Origin: Heteronotia binoei
Taxonomy: Eukaryota
Assembly (NCBI RefSeq): GCF_032191835.1
Contig: NC_083236.1
Location: 47,182,001-47,246,000 of the forward strand
Length of the DNA: 64,000 nucleotides
Reading direction: 5' to 3'
Below the pieces are notes generated by a model. It had not been told where the DNA came from and did no database searches. It worked only from the letters and a program-made list of their open reading frames with translations. A program made the translations under genes and the position numbers. Below, piece after piece: positions 9,682-23,070 of the stretch (its first letter is position 1; each line of letters begins with the position of its first letter).

Positions 9682-9818
9682 TTGTCTGTTTTCACAGGAA
9701 CACTCTTGGCGTGGTCTACAAGGAAGCAGTCAACAAGGTAATAATCTGTACATGAAATGATTGACTTAACAATGGCTCGGCACCAGGATTTCAGCTCCTG
9801 GCAATAAACAACACAAAC
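9682..9818 (-). CDS. TDRD12: TDRD12 coding exon 3 (Tudor domain)
   Basis: tttcag acceptor; [45 protein letters not shown]; gtatgt donor; 137 nt. Confidence 0.93.
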
Positions 9819-10745
9819 CTGAAAAAGAAACATGTCAAGTTGTAGGCTTTTGATTCTACACAAACCATGCTGAGTTTGATGGAATTCAAGGCAAGTTTAC
9901 AGAGGGGAAAAAACACATTACCCTTAGGATAGTTATTTTTTTTTTTAAAAGGCAGAAATAAACCTTACATCATCTTTTTCTTTTAAAAAATCCACGCTTG
10001 CATATAAAATATTGGCCAAACATGACTATCTGACGCATTCAATATTCCATATCTGTACCTTCTGTTGAAATTTAAGGCAATACAATGCATTTTCTACGTG
10101 AATGAAACCCCTTGCCAAAAAGTACCAAGTAACCCAGAGCACTGGGGGGTGGGGACAGCTAATATCACTATTAAGTTCAATATTCTACTTATTCCTTGCA
10201 TTCCTCAGCCTTTATGAGACCAATTACCATTTTAAAATTTATTTTATTTTTCAACGACAGTTTATACTCCAGTAGCGCTAGGGTCATTTTTACTCTCTAA
10301 ATGCAGATTAAAGAGACAAATATACAGGATGACATAGACAAAAGGCTATATTTAATTTAATTTTAAAGTTGTTGCTACTGTTCTATTTCTTTACTACTGG
10401 AGAAAAATATGTAATGAATGTTTTTTTTAAAAAGAAACTATCAGCTCATAGCATGTTCAGTGTTCATATCTGTACGACTTATAGAGTCATCCTAACCAGA
10501 GTTATGCCCCTCTACATCTATTGAAGATAATGGATATGTAAGGTTATAGTTCTCTGAAGAGGGCACTGTTACTTTAGGATTTCTCCCTCTTGCTCGTGCT
10601 CTCTCTCACACACACAAACACGATTTAGTAAACTACATGTTTAGTTTGGAACAGGACTGAACAACAAACTGACAAGTATCTAAATTCTTCACTTTCCCCC
10701 TTTCTGTTTTGTACACATGAAAGCAGCGAATTATCATGAAATTAC

Positions 10746-10907
10746 CTGCCCTTCTTCTAACACGGATGGCTTGATTTCATCCATACCTCTGTATGATTTG
10801 TTATAGAATATATTCATTTCTTCATGAAGTTTTTTATATTCTGTTTCATTTTCTACAAATCTTCCACCTCCTTTTACATGAACCCAAAAGCAGTCTGGAT
10901 TTTCAAT
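10746..10907 (-). CDS. TDRD12: TDRD12 coding exon 2
   Basis: gatcag acceptor; IENPDCFWVHVKGGGRF...KPSVLEEGQ; gtaat donor; 162 nt. Confidence 0.93.
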
Positions 10908-11037
10908 CTGATCAATCCGCAAATCATAGTGAAAATCATATTAAAACAGTGCACTGCTTATTAACATTATTAAAAGCATTTCATGCTTAGAGAATGTAAA
11001 TATTCTCAGACATGAACTTATGAAAAACAGATAATAC

Positions 11038-11061
11038 CTTCAGTACAAAGACGTCAATCAT
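11038..11061 (-). CDS. TDRD12: TDRD12 first coding segment MIDVFVLK (exon 11038-11089 with short 5' UTR part)
   Basis: ATG ATT GAC GTC TTT GTA CTG AAG|gtatt; 8 codons like human MLQLLVLK as I recall it; ctcttcag acceptor at 11090-11091. Confidence 0.82.
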
Positions 11062-12405
11062 TTTTTCTCCAATATCCTTTTCAGCTATGCTGAAGAGAAT
11101 CCTAGGTTTTTACATACCTCTTAAAAGACAAAAAAGAACAAGCATATAAAAGTAAGTAAAAGGTAAAAAGGAACAAGGATGTAAACTGCTTTCATAATAT
11201 CTCAAATGTCCTTAAAGTACTATAGTTAAATTTACACATCCAGGTTACAATCCAGGGTGTTTTGTAGTTCTGAACATGTCACAATGGAGCCATCACTCCT
11301 CAAGTCCCAGGCAGATTTTCCCGCCAAAACTTCAGTTCCCCTCAGTGACAGTTAGAGCAATCCTGAGGGTGGGGCGAGAGGCTGAAAGTGCTCTGGAAGC
11401 TGACTTACTGCTATGCCAGCATAAGGCCCATGTCCCATTTACACCAACATAAATGACATGATGGTGCAGGCCCCCAGCAGCACTCTGTTACATGTTGGTG
11501 CAACTGAGGCATAAGGCCGTTGCACCAGCGCAGTTGTGGGCAGTTTGGGGGGAGTGGCCACAGTTAGACAGCTCCCTGAGCCCTTTCAGCCTCCTGACAG
11601 AGGCAGAAAGTTAGGCCAACAAAAAACATGGCATAGCCCAAAGGCACCCATGGAATGTGAAAACCAAGTCTCCTCCTCATTGCTACTTCTCCGCCACAGA
11701 GGAACTCAGGATGTCGACTACAGAATTGGCCAATCCCCATCTCTCCCTGGGCAGGCCAAGCCTCCTCCCAGGCACCCAGCAGACTCCCCAGCCTACAAAA
11801 ACTTCTACCAGGCCTTTTCACAACTCAGTAGTTAAGGCATGCAGCATGGAACTCTGTTTTGGAGGTCCCTGATGTGCGAACTTAGAGCAGGTGGTGGGGC
11901 ACTTTGGTGGTGGCAGAGGCACGTAGCACCACAGGATGAGCACTCTGAGTGACACCCAAGGAGGAATGCAAAGTCTGTATTTTGTGACTGACCTCTTCCA
12001 TTTCAGAACCCTAACAGGCATCCCGCCTTTGGAGGCTCAACCCACAGGAACAACTGAACACTGACAGGTAAGAAAGCGCAAGTATCTCAAACCTGCTCCC
12101 CCACTCCCCTCACTTGAGGCTGAAGCCCAGCACTGAGTTCAGGTTTAGGGTGGCACAAGCCATGGCTGCATAGCGCCATGGCCCCTAATATGTCATGGGA
12201 AACATTCCCTAGGAAGATCCCCTGGAGTTCTGGAAGGAGGGGGGGGGGAATGCTCTCTCATCTGCCTGGTTCCCACCCTTCGCAAAGCACAGGGAATGTC
12301 TGTGATGGTGGTGAGGGTCTTGCAGCTACTCAGCTGCATGTGGTGAACCAGATTGGCAAGTGTCCCTTTAGTGGCCCTTGTGAGGGCAGAAAGATGGGCT
12401 ACACC

Positions 12406-13289
12406 CAGGGGTGTCAAATTCATTTGTTACAAGGGACAGATTTGACATAAATGGGACTTTATGGGTCCAGGCCTTGTGTGTCATAGAATGTAATGCCAGG
12501 TAGTGGCGATATAAACTTTATAAAAGATACAGGCAAACACAACTAAAGATATATTTTTTTACTTAAAATACAAACATGCTTAAAATACAGAGGTGGGAGA
12601 ATAGTGGGATTTGGCAATGCAATTTTTAAAATAAAACATCAAGAAAAAGCACTAGGATCACAGCAAAGCTAAAAATATAAACTAACAATACAAAATGCAT
12701 TGAGCCTAAGAAAACATGAAATGGCTTGGCATTGCAAGCTTCTCCCCCTACCTGGGTCTACTCAGAGTGGGAATGGCTCTCCAGTGTAGTATCCTCCTTT
12801 GGCTGTGGGTTCCCAAGTTAGAGTATTCACTAGGCACCAGTTCTCAGGTCCATTCAGCAGAGAAAAGCTGGCTCAAAGCATCAACTCTTTATTGCAAGGA
12901 AACAACTCCAGGAAGCAACAGCTTCAGCTGGCCATACAAGTGAAACGACTTGAGCTCCACTCTATTGAAATACATTACAGCATAGACAAAGTTGCCAGGA
13001 AAACAAAGAATGGATTTTCCATTAAGATCTCTAGGCCTAGATGGACTGCTCCCAGAGTAGTCTATCTGGGCACAGAGACATTAATGGAAAATCCATTCCT
13101 CATTTTCTTTGCAGCTTTTGCAAGGCAAGAAGAGCTTTCTGCAAAAACAAAGACAAGGCAGTGGGAGCTGGGAACTTTGTCAGCCTCAAGAGCTTTAAAG
13201 GGTGAGGACAGGAGGAGAGGAGAAAAGAGACGCAGGTCTGATTAAAGCAAATTAGTTGTGGCCTGTGGGCCATAAGTTTGACATTCCTG
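12406..13289. mobile_element. Non-autonomous hAT-like DNA transposon
   Basis: Termini caggggtgtcaaat and gtttgacattcctg are imperfect inverted repeats; 5' part is similar to 26458-26650; no clear TSD. Confidence 0.55.
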
Positions 13290-13344
13290 AGCTATATATT
13301 TTGTTACTAAATGAATACAATAAATCTCCAAGTGACAGACCTCA

Positions 13345-14110
13345 GGTAGGGATGCCAACCTCCATCGGGGCCTGGAGTTCTCCCTGAATTACAACTGATC
13401 TTCAGACATCAGTTATCCTGCAAGAAATAGCAGTTTCAGAAGGTTGGTCCCCTAGCATCTCATTCCTGCAGAGCTCCTCCCCCTCCAACCTCTGTCCTCC
13501 CCAAACCTTCAGGAATTTCCCAAACCAGAGCTGGCAACCCTAGGTAGCAGATGCTTGAAGATCATTCCTTGCCAGAGACCCTGGAGAATTAGCTGCTGTC
13601 AGGCAGAGATAGGATTGCCAGTTACGCAGTCCCAGTGGAAAATCCCCCAGTTTTGCAGGCTTAGAATTGACAGTCTTACCTTGCCTCTGGCGGGGGATGA
13701 ATCTTGCATGCACTGCACAATGTCACCTGGAAGTGACATCATTGCGCTGGGCATGTTGTGCCAGGGGCACTCTAGCATTTGGTGTAAAAACTCTATGGTA
13801 CCACAGAGTTTTAACCTGAATGCTAGAGCATCCCCCGCATGATGATGCCATTTCCGGGTGACGTCATCGTGCTGGGCACATCGTATGACAATGGAGCTCT
13901 TTGCAGGCAGGGATCCCTCTGGCAGCTCACTCCATGCCGGCAGCTTGTAGGCGTACAAACTGGGGAGAACCCCGTCCCAGAGGGAGCTTGGCAGCCCTGT
14001 GCAGGCTCTTCCCTGCTGTCAGCCAGCTGGCCAGTGAGGGAAACCTCCACCCCAACAGCCACCATGTACCTTTAAACCTAGGCAGGCTTAGAAGACCCTT
14101 GCAAATGTTT
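13345..14110. repeat. Cluster of agggttgcc/ggcaaccct-bounded interspersed repeats, including a ~150-bp palindrome
   Basis: Recurrent agggttgcca / tggcaaccct ends and a ctccagaactgatctct core, also at about 14900-15095, 15200-15690, 17600-18295 and 26310-26860. Confidence 0.55.
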
Positions 14111-15769
14111 CTGTTTTGGAATGTGTGTCCACATTTAAATCTCAGCAGCAGGAAAGCAGGGGGCGGGGTGAACAGGCATTGCCATAAGTGTATGAAGATG
14201 TGAGAAAGGCAGAGAGCAAAGACCCTCTGTTTTGCATTTGCTTCAGAGGTCATTTCTATAGTAAAATGGATAGGAAAGAATTATCTAGAAGCTGATTATG
14301 GAATGGAGGAAACTCTACTAGGCTGCTCTCCTTTCCTTTTCCTGTCTAAAGCAGCTGGTTAAAACACAGCAGATTGTTACATTCAGCAACTCCTGGGAGT
14401 AAATGGCCCCAGTGAGATCACAAAAGTGTGGGCTTGCAGACTCTGTTTATTTTGGCTGCTTTGTGAATTTGTGTGTGTGTGCCCCTTAAAAAAGCCATGC
14501 TTGGAAATGCTTCCAAACCCTGACAAGGGAACTTGTGGGGGTATGACAAATTTCATTTTCATTTAGTGGAAGTGCAGCTGCCAGGTTAAGCAAACAAAAG
14601 AGGATGAGGAAACGAAGACTGCATTAAGGGGGACTGCACTGCTGTATTTTTATTTATTTAGGGAATGGGAAATTTTCATGGCTCCACCCCCCCAAAGTCC
14701 CCAGATATTTTCTGAATCAAACGTGGCAACCCTGATAATACTGATCCACATGGCCCAATGGTCTGATTTGGTTTAAAAATTGGGATTTAAAATGACTGTG
14801 GGCTTAAAATCCTTGGTGGACTGATCAGACTAGAAATTGCAGAGGGGTAACCATATTAGGGTGTCATAGCAAAGGAAAACAAAAGTCCAGTCAGTCTAGA
14901 GTTGCTAACTCCAGGCTGGGGAAATTCATGCAGTTTGGAGGTGGAGCCTGGGGCGGGCAGGACTCTCTGCCAGGTATAATGCTGTAAAATCCACCTTCTA
15001 AAGCTGCTGTTTTCTCCAGAACTGATTTCTGTAGTCTGGAGAGCAGTTGTAATTCTGTGAGATCTCCAGATCCTACCTAGAAGTTGGCAACCCAAAGCAG
15101 CACCTTTAAAGGCTGCCAACATTTATTTCAACATGGGCTCACTTCTAAGAGAAAGTTCACAGAAAAGCTCACACTGAAACAAATGTCTGAGTCCAGCAGT
15201 AGGGTTGCCAATTGCCAGCTAAGGACAAGGGATCCCTCGATTTGGAGGCCCTCCCCCTGCTCCAGGGTTATCAGAAAGCAGGGGGAGGGGGTGGGAAATG
15301 TCTGCTGGGTGCTCCATTATACTCTATGGAGACCAATTCCCATAGAGTGTAATGGAGAATTGATCTGTGGGTATCTGGGGCTTTGGGGGGAGGTTTTTTT
15401 GAGATAAAGACACCAAATTTTCAGCATAGCATACAGTGCCTTTCCTCAAAAAAATCGTCAAGTTTCAAAAAGATTTGGATTAGGGGGTCCAATTCTATGA
15501 GCCTATCCTTCATTATTTCCAAATGGAAATAGAGGGAAGGTATTTAGAAGGCACGTAGTTGCTTTCAAAGTGATTGCCAGAACTCCCTTCAGAGTTCAGT
15601 CGTGCTTGTCACAACCTTGCTCCTGGCTCCACCCCCCCCCCCCAAAAGTCCCCAGATATTCCTTGAGTTGGACCTGGCAACCCTATCCAGTAGCGTTGCC
15701 AGGTCTGTGTTGGTAAATGCCTGGAGACTTTGGGGAGAGGTAGAGACTGGCACCCCTTGAGTGTTACCT

Positions 15770-15960
15770 TTAAGACCAACAAAGTTTTATTCAACATATA
15801 AGCTTTCGTATTCTCACACACTTCATCAGATACAGAAGTGTGTACACACACAAAAAGCTTACCAGAATTAAACTTTCTTCTGCTGCTTCAGACCAACAGG
15901 ACTACCAGTTGAATGTCAAACTAATGTTCATCTTCAAGGTGCCACTGAACTTTTCTTTGT
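15770..15960. repeat. Penelope-like hairpin remnant (tentative)
   Basis: cctttaagaccaacaaagttttattc...aagctttcg motif recurs at about 24360-24480, 46255-46330 and 62950-63030. Confidence 0.35.
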
Positions 15961-15974
15961 TGGACATGCCCCAA

Positions 15975-16790
15975 ATCTCCATTTATTGGTCCCAAGTCAT
16001 CACTGAAATTTATTTTATTACAGGTGTCTGGATTCCGCAATCCCCTAAAATTTGCCTTCTCAATTTCTGGGAGGACTTTAAAATATCTGAGCACAAGGAG
16101 TTGATATCCTTGCTGCTAACCGCAGCAAAGTTTGTAATAGCAAAAAGGGAAAAAAAGGTAAAGGTAGTTCCCTGTGCAAGCACCAGTCGTTTTCAACTGT
16201 GGTGACATTGCTTTCACAACGTTTTCATGGCAGACTTTTTATGGGGTGGTTTGCCTTTGCCTTCCCCAGTCATCTACACTTTCCCCCAAGCAAGCTGGGT
16301 ACTCATTTTACCGACCTCAGAAGGATGGAAGGCTGAGTCAACCAGGAGCCGGATACCTGAACCAGCTTCCACTGGGATCGAACTCAGGTCGTGAGCAGAG
16401 GGCTCAACTGCAGTATTGCACTCTGTGCCAGGGGGCAATAGCAACAAATTGGAGGTTAAATTCACCTCCCTCGTTAGTTATCCGCCTGAGTAAGTGCTGG
16501 GAATATTTTATCTTGGATAAAATTGCTCACACTCTGGATGGTAGGATGAGACCAGGTCGGAGGAATACCGTTCTTCTTAAGTGGTCCTCTTTTCTAGATT
16601 ATTTTTCTTGCGGTATTTTTGGACAGGGTGTGTCTAATTCTAGTTTATTGGTTTGCCATTAATAAGTACCAATTATTTGTATATCTTATATTGACATGTA
16701 ACAATTTGTAAACTGTCCATTTTGGCTTTGTATATTTGTAGTCTTGTATATGATTTCTGAAATAAAACTATTCTGAAATTAAAAAAAAAT
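15975..16790 (+). mobile_element. 3' fragment of an L1/Tx1-like LINE interrupted by a Sauria SINE
   Basis: PQSPKICLLNFW...LLLTAAKFVIA|TNWRLNSPPSL...KWSSFLDY resembles an L1 ORF2 C-terminus; aataaa and an A-tail near 16760-16790; aatagcaa is duplicated around the SINE. Confidence 0.55.
16150..16435 (-). mobile_element. Sauria SINE
   Basis: aaaggtaaaggtagttcccctgtgcaagcaccagtcg...ggaaggctgagtcaacc; matches copies at 38362 and 58060. Confidence 0.85.
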
Positions 16791-16879
16791 CTTTTATAAG
16801 GTAGCAGGGCCAGAAGGTCCTATCTTTTATATACGGCTATATTATAAGACATCCCCCCCACCTATTCCAAATGAAGGCT

Positions 16880-17400
16880 CCTCCCACCCACTAACGGTTA
16901 TCTCCCCCTACCCTCCCGCAGCCAACGCCTCCTCACCTTTTCTGGCGCGCCGCAAGCTGCCAACGTTTACGCATGCTCAGTGTCTGGCCAGCACAAAAAG
17001 TCATTTCCCCACAAAGAAAAAAAGGGGGAGGGCTAAAACGAAACCGGTTTTCTTCCCCCTTCAAAAGTTTGACGCACGCGCAGCAAGAATGCTTTAAAAA
17101 AAAACAACCCTGACTTCGTAACGGAGCACGATGTTTCTCTCGGGTTTGCTCCCTGAGCGAGATTGTCTTTACTGAGCATGCGTGAAGTTTGGACGAGCCA
17201 ATAAGGACGGGAGGGGAAGGGTGTGGCGCGGAACGGCGGTTTTGCGGGCGGTTAGAGAATAACGTTTTGGTTCAGTTTAAATTTTTGACGGTTGGAGCTT
17301 GTGGCGTCGGATGAGCCGAGTGGGACTTAGCTGTTGTAGCCGATCCTCGCCAATGTCAAGTTTATTGCGATCCAAGCTCGTCGAATCGAAGTTACCAGCA
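16880..17400. promoter_or_regulatory. CpG-rich promoter, probably TDRD12 non-coding exon 1 (donor at 16935-16936)
   Basis: Local CpG enrichment; aaaag|gtgagg donor on the minus strand; CCAAT near 17199; paired NRF1-like and several MYB-like motifs. Confidence 0.6.
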
Positions 17401-20400
17401 AGCAATAGCTTGATTGCATTAGTCGCGATCATTTAAAGCAGGGTTTAGGACTTTGGGAGTGGAGCAAGGGTGTGACCAGAAGGATTAAACTACAGAAGGA
17501 GTTCTGGCAATCACATTTAAAGGAACCATGCTTCTTTTAAATGCCTTTCCTCTATCTGGAAAAATGGATAGGGGCACCTTCTTTTGGGGCTCCCTAGTCC
17601 AATCTTTTTGAAACTTGGGTGGTGGGGGTGGGGTTGGAGGAGAGGCACCAGATGCTAAGCTGAAAATTTGGTGCCTCTACCTAAAAAAACAGCCCCTCCA
17701 GAGCCCCAGATACCCATGGATCAATTTTCCATTATACCCTATGGGAATCGGTCTCCATTGGGAATGCCCAGCAGACATTCCCCTCTCCCTTTCTGATGAT
17801 CCTGATGTAGGGGGAGAGCCTCCAGTCTGGGGGATCTGCATGGTTCAATGCCATAGAGTCCACCCTTCAAAGCACCCATTTTTTTCCCCAAGGGAGCTGA
17901 TCTCTCAGCTGGAGATCGATTGTAAAAGCAGATCTCCAGGCCCTACCTGGAGGCTGGCAACCCTAAGACTAGATCCAGATTCAGCTTCCCATTTAAAAAT
18001 GAAACAATCTTGGAACAGATTTAGGGATTTTTTAAAAATTAAATGTGCATCTGTTTTAAAGCATAAAACTAGGGTTGCCAGCCTCCAAACAGGGCTTGGA
18101 GATCTGCTTTTATCACTGATCTCCTCCAGCAGGCAGAAATCAGCATCCCTAAATAAAACAGCTGCTTTGAAGGTAGACTCTATGGCAATGTACTATGCTG
18201 AAACCCCTCCTTTCCCCAAACCCCCCCCCCCCCCCATCTCCCATATCTACCCCCAAAGCTTCCAGGTGTTTTCCAACACAGACCTGGCAACCCTACTGGT
18301 CTTAGGAAAAAAATCAATTCTATCCTATTTTGGTATTTTCTATATGAATCTCCAAGCACAGAGCTGGAAATCCTACATCTAACCCAAGGACTTATTCATT
18401 GTTAATTGTTGGTCAGTATCCTCCTACAGTCAGTTAACTACTCCAATAGCCAACACTTTTTAGATTGGCATGTAGACTTATGGCACCAGATTCAAATATT
18501 GTCAAAAGCAGGATGACAACCTGGAGCTGGGCTGAAACAGGCTATACTTGGAGGAGGGGACACATGTGGTGTTCTGTATTGTCCCCATCCTTAAAAGAAG
18601 AAACATCCAGCACTCCTTCCCAGTGCTCAAGGGTCTGCAAATACAAGTTACTTTACTAGGAGAATATAAATTAAAATCCCTTTTGCAGAGAGCAGATGCA
18701 AATTCATTAGCCCCATGTATGGGTAATGGGTCTACAGCCTCCCACAATTAGGCTAAGTATATGGAGGATATTTCTGCATTACTATTCATTGCCTTGAAAT
18801 AACCCCATGAGATATCAATGATCTCAACATAGTCCTGCACACCAAGTGTGGTCTCTTGAGGAAGACCATCCATGCACTAGGACTTAATCCACCTCTTTCA
18901 CACAGGGGCCATTTATTTCAGAGGATTCCACCACGAGCACTATTCCAACAAATGGAGGTTACAGCGTTATCAGCCAAGTTTGGCATATTGCATTGAGCCT
19001 GGATCTAACAGCCCTTTTTAAAAACGGGCATATAGAGAAGAATATTGTGTTATAATTTACTGGTGACAATAGCATTGTTTGAAATATTGCTGACTAAAAT
19101 ATAACCACACCATCAATATACCTGTTACAATAGCAACCAAAGAAATAGTGCAATTTTTTTGTCATTGTGTTTTACATTAAGGCAGTCACACTTTATATTC
19201 TGAAGCCCATTACAATATTTGAACACTGATCTGGTTAAATAATGGTCAATCCTACGCAGACAGTTACAGGTGGGCAACATTTTTTTTGTAGAAAAAGCCC
19301 AGCAGGAACTCATTTGCATATTAAGCTACATCCCAACATCACCATTGTTTCACACAGAGAGAGCTTTTTCTACATATTTTTTTAGCAGGAAAGCACAGGA
19401 ATGCAGCTCCAGCTGGCTTGGCATCAGGGGGTGCACCCTAATATGCAAATGAGTTCCTGTGGGGCTTTTAACACATTGCTTTAAATGGCCTTCAATTGGA
19501 GCAATGTTGCATGCAATTACTGTGTTATCTTCTAAACCCCCTGCACAACAGATAGGAAGAAAATTCCTATAACTTCCGGTCCCTAAGATGCCATCCTGTA
19601 TCTCCCATCTTTTCTTCCTGTTTCAAACCCATAGCTAGGGATGCAGGAATAAAGCAAAGTTTACCTAGCACTAAATACTTGTTGGCAGAGCTGGTTCCAG
19701 GTTTGTGTGGGCCCTGGGCAATAAACTATACCTGGGCCTCCTTTAGTACACCCCTTTTGCTTTAACCACGCCCCTTCCTTTTGGTCCCTCCCCTTTGGCT
19801 TTATCTTTTCTTCTCTATTTCCATTTCAATTTACTTGCTTTGAGATAGAGACTGCATGAAATTTTGATTTCTTATTTTTATTACTTTGTATAAAAATCTG
19901 TTTTATTGGAATGCTAGTCAATACAATGGGCATCATTTCAGTAAAAGCGATACAAATATTGTTTTGGGGAAGCCTTGGTGTAAGGGTATGCAGAAAAGTT
20001 TCTCCATTCTCATCCGTGAAAGTGAGGAGACTGATCCACATACCAGTGTGGTATACAAGAGTGTCAGACCAGGATCTGGGAGACCCAGGTTCAAATCTTT
20101 ACTCTGCCTTGGGCCAGTTGCTCTTATCCTAACCTACTTCACAGGGCTTTTGTGAGGATAAAATGGAGGAGAGGAAAATTATGTAAGCTGTTTAGGATCC
20201 CTATTGGGGTACACATGGAATATATATCTAAATAGATAATCTGAATGGCATTCTTAATCTGAAAATAAGCAATGTTTCAGAAGATTTCTAGCACCAGTGA
20301 AACCAAACAGGGTTGCTGAAAATATTTATTTTTAGACAAATAAATAGTTAGCAAAACAGGTAGCTTAAATGCACGGTTGACATTCCAAACTGAAAGCTCC

Positions 20401-21044
20401 ATCATACAACTGAATTTATCCAATGAACTGTTGGCAGTATTAGTGTGTTAAGGCACCCATAAAATATCTTCCAGAAGTACAACTTCTGAACTGAATACAA
20501 TTAGTAAAAATCAGTTACAGACTGTAGCATGCATCTACAATCCTAAACAGAGTTATTTGGAGGCAATTTGGTGGTGGTTACTACTTTTAAAAAAGGGAGT
20601 CTACATTTTTAATGAGAAAAATGGAATTGTCCCAAGATGCTGAGCCATACTAAAAGTGAAGGACTTTGACAACCAGGAATTGATACATGGCCGAAGTTAG
20701 TCATGGTCCAATACTGTCCGACAGGCTTGTCAATGTCCCAAATTCATAAATGTGTAGATTAAGGCCAAGTACTTAGTAGACAGAAGTCTCTACTGCAGAA
20801 TTGGCACATTTGCAAAGAAATTCATAGAGAAATAATCACTCAGACTGAAGCCTTATATCACTGATATCAGGCCTGAGGTATATAAAGTGGCATAAGAACA
20901 TTTTAATTATTGCTGTTCCCAAAACAAATGTTCTCTGACAATCTGAACCCCCCCTGGGAAAGCCTATTTGGCACCTCTTATATGTGCCAGTCTTAAATAA
21001 ATTATATGTAAACTTTTTTGGAAATGTCAATGGCAAAAAGAATG

Positions 21045-21280
21045 CTATAATTTGCTATTGCAATCTGTAGTGTTTCCCATTTTAGAGTCCAGGGGCAGTG
21101 GATTGATATGTTTATATTTGGGTGGGACATTAACATGAACTGCAACATCATTAAGGTTTCGTATCACTATCCGGTGAACCCTACTGGCCTCTTTCAAGAT
21201 ATCTTCAATCTTTTTATTTGTTGTCAATGCTGGTTTTCTTTCTCCTGTAAAATCTGGATCTTCGGGATATAGTTCATCGC
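21045..21280 (-). CDS. NUDT19: NUDT19 exon 3, ends in PTS1 signal SKL
   Basis: ttttatag acceptor; GDELYPEDPDF...HRIVIRN...VPPKYKHINP...NSKL-stop. Confidence 0.92.
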
Positions 21281-22528
21281 CTATAAAACATAATGTATTA
21301 CTTTTAAATTATGCATAATATTTAATATTTCAGTAATATACATTTTAATTACATCTAGCACTTTTATGCATCCCTGCATAAAAGAGGAAGAATTCTAGAT
21401 TCTAGGACTTCACTATTCTGGGCCTCATCCTATCTCTGTCAAGGCTTACAGCACAGAAATATAGATGCGAAATATCAAGGGCAACCTTGCTGCTTACCTT
21501 TACCCATGGCTGTCAATACTAAAATCAACAGAACTACATCATGAAAAATGAATCCCAGTTAAATGCAGTGCATGGTTATTCATGACATGTTGCAGAACCC
21601 CAAATCGAGAACAAGCATAGTTACTTAATGAACATTTCTAAACTGGTCTACTCAGAAGTAAACCCCATGCCATTCAGTGGGGCTTACTCCCAGGAAAGGA
21701 TCCTCAGGACTGCAACCTTATTTTAGTAATCAGTTGCAACTATGCCTCCAGAGATTTGTTCCTCTGGGGAAGATGTCAGATTTGGAGGGTGGACTCTATG
21801 GCACTACATCCCAACTGAGCTCCCCTGCCCACCCCAACTCCACCTTTCTCAAGTTGCAGTTGGCAACCTTAGTTGCAACGTGGGGACTGACACTATCATT
21901 ATATTTTATGATGAAGCACAGCTTCCCCCATTCTATTTCTACCATGACCCATCCTGGACATTCTCCCTATTTGTGCGAGATACCTGCAGCCCAGTAGCCA
22001 TAGGCAGAAGTGAAAATATCACATAATTAAGAATTATAGCTTCAATCAACTGCCTTCAGTCAGGCAACTCTGTTGATAACAGCTTGCTTCCTACCCTATG
22101 ACAAAAGAAAGAATGGAAATACTCAAGTTCATAGAAATCCTTACACTTACATCAAAATTTTAACACTACTAACTAAAAGGAGCCACACTGGTTTCAGAAC
22201 TGTAGCAGACAAACAATTAAATTTTTTCAGTTCCCCTTAAGAAGGAACAACCACCATTTTGTCTCAGCAAGTATTTGATAGAAAGACAATTCAACTCAGA
22301 AGAGAGCCAGAAGCCACCAGTGTATTTACACAAAGACTGCAACAATGACTCATGCTAGGTGATTTGAAATACCTATTCTTCACTAGGAAGTTACAAAATA
22401 AACCATAGAAATCAGCTGCAAATCATATTTTAACAACAGTCAATGGAACCTGGTGGTGACTATTCCTCCCAAAGACTGCAAACCCCATCACTACATGAAT
22501 GGCAGACCCAAACCCCATTTTCACCTAC

Positions 22529-22736
22529 CTGGTAATAGTTGCATGTGACCATCTGACGCAATTAACAGAACAGACATCCACCGCTCGCATCCCTCTGCAG
22601 CTCGTTCAAAGCCAAACCTATGTAGATCATGAAGCGATGGGAAGTTGCAGAGTCTGCATAATTCATAAAACTGAGGAGGTGGTATCCAGATGTCTTGAGA
22701 CTTAACAAGTTCAAGAACTTCTGGGGGCTTTGTCCA
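22529..22736 (-). CDS. NUDT19: NUDT19 exon 2
   Basis: tttccag acceptor; WTKPPEVLELVKSQDIWIPPPQFYELCRLCNF...GCERWMSV...QLLP; gtagg donor; 208 nt; phases fit exons 1 and 3. Confidence 0.92.
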
Positions 22737-22912
22737 CTGGAAACAAAGAAGAACAAGCTGATCTCCATTGTTTTACAATCAAAGGAACATTTTGGATTTT
22801 CTATTATTAGCCAGTACTGCAGTAACATTATAACCACTTTTCTGCCACAACTGGAACTTGTAAGGGGAGGTCTGCATTTTTAGCTGCAACTTGAAAAGAA
22901 GCAGGAGAGCCT

Positions 22913-23070
22913 AACATAAGAGAAGCCATGTTGGATCAGGCTAATGGCCCATCCAGTCTAACACTCTGTGTCACACAGTGGCCAAAAAATTATATATATA
23001 CACACACATATATATATACACACTTTAGCTAATGGCGACTGATGGACCTCTGCTCCATATTTTTATCTAC
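22913..23070 (-). mobile_element. CR1-like LINE 3' end fragment
   Basis: Reverse complement of ...tggatgggccattagcctgatccaacatggcttctcttatgtt tail, as at 40600-40660. Confidence 0.55.

Noticed and set aside
11112-11120. Donor-like gag|gtatgt just upstream of the TDRD12 start exon
   Set aside because: It would give an intron of only about 27 nt, too short for the spliceosome.
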